Origin: Lachnospiraceae bacterium
GTDB lineage: Bacteria; Bacillota; Clostridia; Lachnospirales; Lachnospiraceae
Assembly (NCBI GenBank): GCA_016286555.1
Contig: JAEETA010000012.1
Coordinates: 14,057 to 78,056 of the forward strand
Direction of reading: 5' to 3'
DNA length: 64,000 nucleotides
Below the pieces are notes generated by a model. That model made no database searches, was not told where the DNA came from, and saw only the letters and a list, made by a program, of their open reading frames with translations. Shown in pieces: positions 57,143 through 64,000 of this stretch. Position numbers and translations under genes: made by a program. How positions within the stretch are numbered: the first letter of the stretch is position 1; every line of letters begins with the position of its first letter.

Positions 57143-57963
57143 CTCTTTTTTCTGCGTAATCCGTAAATTTTTTGCACCAGCCGGTTGTAGCCTGCGGAAA
57201 ACCGGGGACTCTCCGCCAGATAATGGCGCAGGGGCTGGAGGGATACCACCAGGTAAGCCCGGAACAGGAAGCGCTGCCACAGGGGCAGGTACATCCGCGT
57301 GATCTCCCGGTGCTCCTTTTTCGACCTCCGCACATTGGCGGGATTCTCGCTAAAGCCACCACCCTCGTAGGAGGAAATGGTGATGGGCATGTAATGGCAG
57401 GTTTTCCCGCCCTTAAAGTACCACCAGAGGAAGTGTTCATAGTCCGCCCGGACCCGGTAGGAAATGTCATACTGCCGCTCCCGGAAGCATTCCAGGGAAT
57501 AGATGCAGCTCTGGTGACAGGGCAGGTTCCGGAAGCAAACAAAGGGTGTGATCTCCGGTGCGGAAAACTCCACGGAGCCGGACTTTCTGGACAGGCGGTT
57601 TCCGTAGAGGATCCCCACAGGATCTCCCTTCTCCCGGATAAAACGATCCACCTTATTGAGCACCAGCTCGTCTGCAAAATAGTCGCCGCAGTTCATGAAG
57701 ACCAGGTACTGACCTGTGGCCTCCGCCACGGCCCGGTTCATGGCATCATAAATGCCGCCGTCCTCGCCGGAAAAGTAACGGATCCGCTCCTCCCCGGGAC
57801 ACTCCTTTTTCAGCCTCTCCACGGAGCCATCGGAGGAATTTCCATCCTTGACGATGATCTCATAATCCTTAAAGGTCTGATCCAGCACGGAAAATACGGT
57901 ATTCACCAGTTTGTCGCCCGAATTCAGGCAAACCACGATCACGGAAAATCTGGGGCTGCTCAT
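57139..57963 (-). CDS. GT2 glycosyltransferase (WcaE-like)
   Basis: SVIVVCLN, KDGNSSDGS, GIYDAMN, FMNCGD, CHQS, ADYE, GGFS; start at ATG 57963. Confidence 0.9.
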   Translation of the reverse strand: MSSPRFSVIVVCLNSGDKLVNTVFSVLDQTFKDYEIIVKDGNSSDGSVERLKKECPGEERIRYFSGEDGGIYDAMNRAVAEATGQYLVFMNCGDYFADELVLNKVDRFIREKGDPVGILYGNRLSRKSGSVEFSAPEITPFVCFRNLPCHQSCIYSLECFRERQYDISYRVRADYEHFLWWYFKGGKTCHYMPITISSYEGGGFSENPANVRRSKKEHREITRMYLPLWQRFLFRAYLVVSLQPLRHYLAESPRFSAGYNRLVQKIYGLRRKKS

Positions 57964-58763
57964 GCTTCCTCCCTTTTCATTCCTTTTTTCATAAGGCCCA
58001 GGGCCTTCCCATAGGGAATATCCTTGCACATAACATTGCGATTCTTCAGAAGGAACCGCCTCGCCATCAAAGGCGCCAGGGCGCCGTAGAGGTAATGGTA
58101 CAATACGCCTCTGTCGTAGAAAAACTTCTCATTGTAGCCGTGAAACCAGGTAGAAGGTCTGGGGATCTCCTCCCCGATGCACTCGGGTATGGCGAAAACC
58201 TTAAGTCCGCGCTTGATACAGTCGCTGATAAAGAGGCTGTCCTCGCCGTTGGAATACCGGGCACCGCCTCCGAACCACTGATGGAAGGTCAGGTTCGCCT
58301 CCTGCATCCGCTCCCGCCGCAGGGCAAAACTGTAGGCAGGATACCGTCCGCAATTGTGGAGACCTACCTTGTGAAAGCTTTCCGTCCAGTAGGTACGCCG
58401 CTCTTCCGTCACCTTCACGTTAAAGAGCAGCATGTCGGCCTCCGGGTGCTCCGCAAATGCCTGCAGCACCGCTTTGGCCGCTCCTTCTCCGTAGACAATG
58501 TCCTCGTCCGCGAAAAGAAGGATATCTCCCTCTCCGCGTTGCAGGGCCGTGTTGCGACTGAGGCCCACGCCCCGCTCCGCGGTACTGATCCGGCGGATGC
58601 GATGGCCTGCGTTTTTTGTCTCCTCGTAGTCATAGTGATCCGTCTGGTTCACGATGAGGGCATCCGCATCCAGGTGCATCCGCTCCGGCAGATCTGCCGG
58701 GGCATTCACCGCGGAGACCAGATATTCCATTGTTTCGGGATTTCGGGTATTACTCATACTCAC
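57960..58763 (-). CDS. GT2/GT-A glycosyltransferase
   Basis: [32 protein letters not shown]; start uncertain (58763, 58757 or 58730). Confidence 0.85.
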   Translation of the reverse strand: MSMSNTRNPETMEYLVSAVNAPADLPERMHLDADALIVNQTDHYDYEETKNAGHRIRRISTAERGVGLSRNTALQRGEGDILLFADEDIVYGEGAAKAVLQAFAEHPEADMLLFNVKVTEERRTYWTESFHKVGLHNCGRYPAYSFALRRERMQEANLTFHQWFGGGARYSNGEDSLFISDCIKRGLKVFAIPECIGEEIPRPSTWFHGYNEKFFYDRGVLYHYLYGALAPLMARRFLLKNRNVMCKDIPYGKALGLMKKGMKREEA

Positions 58764-61700
58764 TTCTTCTTAGAGGCCACAGCCTTCTTTCTTGGTGTTT
58801 TGGGCTTTGCTTCTGCTTCGAGGGCTTCTTCCGGTGCTGCTTCCTCTGCCGCTTTGCCGGCGGCTTTCTTCTTCGCTGCGGGATCCTTCCGGCCCTGCTT
58901 CTCCAGCATCTTCTTGATGTAGATTCCCGTAAAGGAGTCAGGATTCGCAGCCACCTCCTCGGGGGTGCCGCCTGCGATCTGCAGTCCGCCGCGATCACCA
59001 CCTTCGGGGCCCATGTCGATAATGTAATCCGCACACTTGATCACATCCAGGTTGTGCTCGATCACCACCACCGTGTTGCCGCCGTCCGCCAGACGCTGCA
59101 GGATCTCCACCAGCTTGTGAACATCCGCAAAATGCAGTCCCGTGGTGGGCTCATCCAGGATGTAGATGGTCTTGCCTGTGCTGCGTTTGCTCAGCTCCGT
59201 GGCCAGTTTGATACGCTGTGCCTCACCGCCGGAAAGCTCCGTGGAAGGCTGTCCCAGTTTGATATAACCCAGGCCTACATCATAGAGGGTCTGGATCTTG
59301 TTTCGGATGGAGGGAAGGTTCTCAAAATAGGTCATGGCCTCTTCCACCGTCATATCCAGCACATCAAAAATGCTCTTGCCCTTATAGTGTACCTCCAGGG
59401 TCTCACGGTTGTAGCGCTTGCCGCCGCAGACCTCACAGGGCACATACACATCCGGCAGGAAGTGCATCTCAATCTTAACGATGCCGTCGCCGGAGCAGGC
59501 CTCGCATCTGCCGCCCTTGACGTTGAAACTGAAGCGCCCCTTGGAATAGCCTCTGGCCTTGGCATCGGGGGTTCCCGCAAACACGTCACGGATCATATCA
59601 AAGACGCCAGTGTAGGTGGCTGGATTGGAACGGGGTGTGCGGCCGATGGGGCTCTGGTCGATGCAGATCACCTTGTCCAGTGCCTCCATGCCGGTGATGG
59701 TCTTAAACTTGCCGGGAATGGTGTGAGCTCTGTTCAGCTTTCTGGACAGTTCCTTCTGCAGGATCTCATTTACCAGGCTGCTCTTGCCGGAACCTGACAC
59801 ACCTGTCACACAGGTAAAGACTCCCAGAGGGAATTTCACGTCGATGTTCCGGAGATTGTTCTCCTCCGCTCCCTTTACCGTAAGCCAGCCCTTGGGCTTT
59901 CTCCTGGTCTCGGGGATGGGGATCACCTTCCGTCCGCTGAGATAGTCTCCCGTCAGGGACTCCTTGCAGTCCATGATATCCTGTGCGGTACCTGCCGCAA
60001 TGACGGTGCCGCCGTGACTTCCGGCGCCGGGGCCGATGTCCACGATGTAATCCGCCGCCAGCATGGTATCCTCGTCATGCTCTACCACGATGAGGGTATT
60101 CCCCAGATCCCGGAGGTGCTTTAAGGTCCCCAGGAGCTTGTCGTTGTCTCTTTGATGGAGTCCGATGCTGGGCTCATCCAGAATGTAGCACACACCCACC
60201 AGGCCGGAACCGATCTGGGTGGCCAGACGGATGCGCTGTGCCTCTCCGCCGGAGAGGGATGCGGTGGCCCGGTTCAGGGACAGGTAATCTAACCCTACGT
60301 CCACCAGGAACTGCACTCTGGCACGGATCTCTTTCAGGATCTGCTCGCCGATCTTCTGCTGCTGAGAGGTGAGTTTTCCTCCCAGATCCTGCAGATAGGC
60401 GCTGAGATCCAGAACCGACATGTTTGTCACTTCGTAGATATTCTTCTCTCCCACGGTAACGGCCAGGGATTCCTTCTTCAGGCGCATGCCGCCGCACTCG
60501 GTACAGGGGCTGATGCGCATGTAGGATTCGTACTCCGCCTTTCCGGTCTCGGAGAAAGTCTCACGATACCTGCGCTCCACGTTCCGCAGCAGGCCTTCAA
60601 AAGCAATAGGGTAAACGCCGGTGCCCCGCTGTCCGGAGTAGTGGACCTTCACCTCCACGCCGTCTGTGCCGTAGAGCAGGATGTTCCGGATCTTTTCGGG
60701 GTATTTTTCAAAGGGCGTATCCAGATCAAACTTATATTCCTTGCAAAGTGCCAGCAGCACCGCATTGGTAAAGCTGCCGGGGGTATTGCAGGACTGCCAT
60801 CCCAGGACGATGATGGCTCCCTCGTTGATGCTTAAGGTTTCGTCCGGGATCATCAGATGATAGTCGAATTCCATCTTGTACCCCAGACCGGCACAGACAG
60901 GGCAGGCGCCGAAGGGATTGTTGAAGGAAAAGCTTCTGGGCTCGATCTCCGTCAGACTGACGCCGCAGTCGGGGCAGGAGTAGCTGGTGCTGAAGGAAAG
61001 GGTCTCGCCGTCGATGACGTCCACCATAAGCAGGCCCTGGGTCAGTTCCAGCACGTTCTCGATGGATTCCGAGAGGCGCTTCTCGATGCCGGGACGCACC
61101 ACCAGACGGTCCACCACGATATCGATGTTGTGCTTGTTGTTTTTCTCCAGAAGGATCTCCTCCGAGAGATCGTAAAGGATGCCATCCACACGGACTCTGC
61201 CGTAGCCGGCCTTCCGGGCCCGGTCGATGACTTTCTCGTGCTGACCCTTTCTGCCCCGGACCACAGGTGCCAGGAGCTGCATCCTGGTGCCCTCGGGGAG
61301 AGCCATGATGCGATCCGTCATCTGGTCCACAGTCTGACGCTCGATGGGGCGTCCGCACTCGGGACAGTGGGGAATACCCACTCTCGCATACAGCAGACGG
61401 AAATAGTCATAGATCTCCGTCACCGTTCCCACTGTGGAACGAGGGTTGCGGTTGGTGGATTTCTGGTCAATGGAAATGGCGGGGGACAGGCCTTCGATGC
61501 TCTGCACATCCGGCTTCTCCATCTGGCCCAGGAACTGACGCGCGTAGGAGGACAAGCTCTCCATGTAACGGCGCTGTCCCTCTGCATAAATGGTATCAAA
61601 AGCAAGGCTGGACTTTCCGGATCCCGACACACCTGTCATAACCACAAGCTTATCTCTGGGGATCTCCACATCCAGGTCTTTCAAGTTGTTTTCTCTGGCT

Positions 61701-61789
61701 CCGCGGACCACGATCCTGCTTCCGGGGATCATTCTCACGGATGGTTTCTCTGTACTCAAATCGTTCTCTCTTTCAAATGATGCATTCAT
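58760..61789 (-). CDS. uvrA: Excinuclease ABC subunit A
   Basis: GARENNLK, two [10 protein letters not shown], two LSGGEAQRI, zinc fingers; start may be TTG 61759. Confidence 0.97.
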   Translation of the reverse strand: MNASFERENDLSTEKPSVRMIPGSRIVVRGARENNLKDLDVEIPRDKLVVMTGVSGSGKSSLAFDTIYAEGQRRYMESLSSYARQFLGQMEKPDVQSIEGLSPAISIDQKSTNRNPRSTVGTVTEIYDYFRLLYARVGIPHCPECGRPIERQTVDQMTDRIMALPEGTRMQLLAPVVRGRKGQHEKVIDRARKAGYGRVRVDGILYDLSEEILLEKNNKHNIDIVVDRLVVRPGIEKRLSESIENVLELTQGLLMVDVIDGETLSFSTSYSCPDCGVSLTEIEPRSFSFNNPFGACPVCAGLGYKMEFDYHLMIPDETLSINEGAIIVLGWQSCNTPGSFTNAVLLALCKEYKFDLDTPFEKYPEKIRNILLYGTDGVEVKVHYSGQRGTGVYPIAFEGLLRNVERRYRETFSETGKAEYESYMRISPCTECGGMRLKKESLAVTVGEKNIYEVTNMSVLDLSAYLQDLGGKLTSQQQKIGEQILKEIRARVQFLVDVGLDYLSLNRATASLSGGEAQRIRLATQIGSGLVGVCYILDEPSIGLHQRDNDKLLGTLKHLRDLGNTLIVVEHDEDTMLAADYIVDIGPGAGSHGGTVIAAGTAQDIMDCKESLTGDYLSGRKVIPIPETRRKPKGWLTVKGAEENNLRNIDVKFPLGVFTCVTGVSGSGKSSLVNEILQKELSRKLNRAHTIPGKFKTITGMEALDKVICIDQSPIGRTPRSNPATYTGVFDMIRDVFAGTPDAKARGYSKGRFSFNVKGGRCEACSGDGIVKIEMHFLPDVYVPCEVCGGKRYNRETLEVHYKGKSIFDVLDMTVEEAMTYFENLPSIRNKIQTLYDVGLGYIKLGQPSTELSGGEAQRIKLATELSKRSTGKTIYILDEPTTGLHFADVHKLVEILQRLADGGNTVVVIEHNLDVIKCADYIIDMGPEGGDRGGLQIAGGTPEEVAANPDSFTGIYIKKMLEKQGRKDPAAKKKAAGKAAEEAAPEEALEAEAKPKTPRKKAVASKKK

Positions 61790-61804
61790 GGGACACCTGC
61801 GGCG

Positions 61805-63217
61805 TTATGCCAGCAGTTCGAACAGGTCGTCCTCCTGGCCTGCGTAATCGTCCATGATGGACTCGAAGGCATCCAGGAAATAATGGTTGGACTCGGTGAA
61901 CACGTCCTGCTTCAGGTAGAAGATCACCTTGTTGAGGAAGAGCTTCTTGTCCATCAGTTCCTCCTGATGCACAAAGAAGGGTCCCAGTTTCTTGTTCTCG
62001 GCGATGCGCTTGTCCTTGGTGATACCCTTGGAACGGGCAGCACAGTTCTCCTCATCGATGGCAGTGTTGACGATAGCGGCAAAAGTGGGCCAGTTCCGCT
62101 TCAGTTCGCCTTTGGCCTGAAGCTTCTTCACCAGCTCTCCCACTCTGCCGGTGGTGCCTGCCAGTACCTCTTCCAGAGGACGGCTCCCGGCAAAAATGCT
62201 GCGCTCCGCCTTCATGCTGTCCGGCAGGACGCTGAAGTCGATGGGCACGTAATACAGCTCAAAACGACGCTTGAAAGCGCTGTCCATGACGAAGATGTTT
62301 TCGTCGGCAGTGTTCATGGTTGCCAGGATGTTAAAGTTCGGAGGCAGCCAGATCTTGCCGTCCGTAAAGATATTTTTCATCCAGGGATCCAGGCAGAAGT
62401 AGGCACCGATGTCCCGGTTGATGATGGGATATTCGCTGCGTCCGCTCTCTCCGCGGTCCAGGAGCTGGAACACGTCTCCGAAAATGGAGGGCGCATTACC
62501 ACGGTTGATCTCCTCCACGATGAGGTAGTATTTTTCCGAAGGATGCAGGAAGGCAGCCTTCAAAAGGGCGGTAAAGGGTCCTGCCACGAAGGAATAGTCC
62601 AGTGGGCTGTCAGCGGATACCATGGGTTTGATACATCCCACAAAATCGCCGTAGGTGTAGGCAGGATGGAAAATGGCACGCTTGATGTGGGCATCCCGCA
62701 CCTTCTCGTCGGGATACTCTGCTTTCAAAAGCTCGTTGACACTGTGGGATTTACCGGTACCGGGCGCACCGTAATACACACGCTGAATGGGGCGCATGTT
62801 TGCCTCGGTAAAGTAGAAATCCTCTCCTCTGGAATCGGTCGCAGCCGCAGAAACTTCACCGCCGGAGCGCATGTAGTATGCCGCATGCTCCTGGGGATCC
62901 GCAAAGCGCTCGCCACGCTCCAACAGGAGCTTGTAGAGGTGCATACTGACCTCCAGCACACCGTGTCCTTCCTCATTCACCGAAGCAAAATCGGGGTGCC
63001 GCATCAGCTGCTCGCAGGTCTCGTTAAAGGACTTCGCATCTCCGCAGTAGAAAAGGTTGGCCATGGCGTTGTTTTCCACCTTGGTGGCCCCCACCCGCAG
63101 TGCGTAAGCGTATGCGCTGATCTCGTTGTCGGAGTAGGTGCGCATGCCGTCTTCCCGGGCCTGGCTCTTCAGCCAGTCACGGAATCGTTTTTCGTTTTCG
63201 CCATCCAGTTTACCCAT
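61805..63217 (-). CDS. McrB/LlaJI.R1-family AAA+ GTPase without an adjacent McrC
   Basis: [66 protein letters not shown]. Confidence 0.85.
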   Translation of the reverse strand: MGKLDGENEKRFRDWLKSQAREDGMRTYSDNEISAYAYALRVGATKVENNAMANLFYCGDAKSFNETCEQLMRHPDFASVNEEGHGVLEVSMHLYKLLLERGERFADPQEHAAYYMRSGGEVSAAATDSRGEDFYFTEANMRPIQRVYYGAPGTGKSHSVNELLKAEYPDEKVRDAHIKRAIFHPAYTYGDFVGCIKPMVSADSPLDYSFVAGPFTALLKAAFLHPSEKYYLIVEEINRGNAPSIFGDVFQLLDRGESGRSEYPIINRDIGAYFCLDPWMKNIFTDGKIWLPPNFNILATMNTADENIFVMDSAFKRRFELYYVPIDFSVLPDSMKAERSIFAGSRPLEEVLAGTTGRVGELVKKLQAKGELKRNWPTFAAIVNTAIDEENCAARSKGITKDKRIAENKKLGPFFVHQEELMDKKLFLNKVIFYLKQDVFTESNHYFLDAFESIMDDYAGQEDDLFELLA

Positions 63218-64000
63218 TTCGCTTCCCCCTGTTTTCTTTTTCTATTTTTTCCAGCTGTTCTCTGAGATCCCGCATCTGATCTCTTAACTGCGCGGCGGAT
63301 TCGAAATCCAGCTCCGCGGCAGCTTTCTTCATCTGTTTTTCCACCTTCTCGATGAGCTTCTTCAGCTCCTTCGGATCCATGGACTCCGGATCCTTCTCGA
63401 AGGCCATATCACTTCCGGCGATTTCCACGGAGATGCTGATGAGATCCCGGATGCTCTTCTCGATGCTCTTCGGCGTGATGCCGTGGGCCTCGTTGTATTC
63501 CGACTGGATCTGCCGGCGTCTGTTGGTCTCGTCAATGGCGGCCCGCATGGAATCCGTCACGGTGTCGGCATACATTATGACATGACCGTCAACATTTCTC
63601 GCCGCACGGCCGATGGTCTGCACCAGACTGGTCTCGCTCCGCAGGAAGCCTTCCTTGTCCGCATCCAGGATCGCCACCAGGGTGATCTCCGGAATGTCCA
63701 GGCCCTCACGCAGCAGGTTGATGCCCACCAGCACATCGAAAACCCCCAACCGCAGATCCCGGATGATCCGGGTACGCTCCAGGGCTTCCGTATCGGAATG
63801 CATGTATTTTACCTTCACTCCCACCTCGCCCAGATAGCGGGACAGATCCTCCGCCATGCGCTTGGTAAGGGTGGTGATCATCACTTTATGTCCGCCGGCG
63901 GTCTCCTTGCGGATCTCCCCCAGCAGGTCGTCGATCTGGCCTTCCACGGGGCGTACCTCCACGGGAGGATCCAGCAGGCCTGTGGGACGGATCACCTGCT
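63210..64000 (-). CDS. uvrB: Excinuclease ABC subunit B (C-terminal part; 5' end outside the window)
   Basis: [46 protein letters not shown]; UVR domain ([11 protein letters not shown]). Confidence 0.97.
   Translation of the reverse strand, partial: QVIRPTGLLDPPVEVRPVEGQIDDLLGEIRKETAGGHKVMITTLTKRMAEDLSRYLGEVGVKVKYMHSDTEALERTRIIRDLRLGVFDVLVGINLLREGLDIPEITLVAILDADKEGFLRSETSLVQTIGRAARNVDGHVIMYADTVTDSMRAAIDETNRRRQIQSEYNEAHGITPKSIEKSIRDLISISVEIAGSDMAFEKDPESMDPKELKKLIEKVEKQMKKAAAELDFESAAQLRDQMRDLREQLEKIEKENRGKRNG

Noticed and set aside
61745-61830. LexA/SOS box in front of uvrA
   Set aside because: No GAAC-N4-GTTC match; any operator would lie upstream of uvrB, outside the window.

Overview
This is a GC-rich core-chromosome segment from a flagellated Clostridia bacterium, most consistent with Lachnospiraceae. 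About 54 protein genes are called, most on the minus strand. Housekeeping blocks are nfeD-SPFH-argF-birA-hypothetical-dusB, proC, trmH, pfkA, dnaE, HPr, cdaA-cdaR-glmM, recD2-comF-yvyF, mbl-flgF-flgG-flgJ and uvrB-uvrA. They are interleaved with a dispersed surface-glycan locus: many GT2/GT4 enzymes, a priming transferase, an EpsG/Wzy-like polymerase, a Wzz-like protein, a GT52 sialyltransferase-like enzyme, an SGNH esterase and a CBS-nucleotidyltransferase. The window also holds an MCP, a large surface protein and a VTC-DUF4956-Cthe_2159 operon. No rRNA, tRNA, CRISPR array or transposase was recognised. The most notable observations are: (1) an orphan McrB/LlaJI-type AAA+ GTPase, with no McrC or methylase, coupled between uvrB and uvrA; (2) an intergenic array of four long hairpins with different stems but a conserved 17-nt loop; (3) PhoB/PhoP-like repeats at about 11-bp spacing upstream of the polyphosphate-polymerase (VTC) operon; (4) candidate sigma28 promoters, a WalR box and a leaderless promoter. 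All family calls come from motif recognition by eye; no database searches were run.
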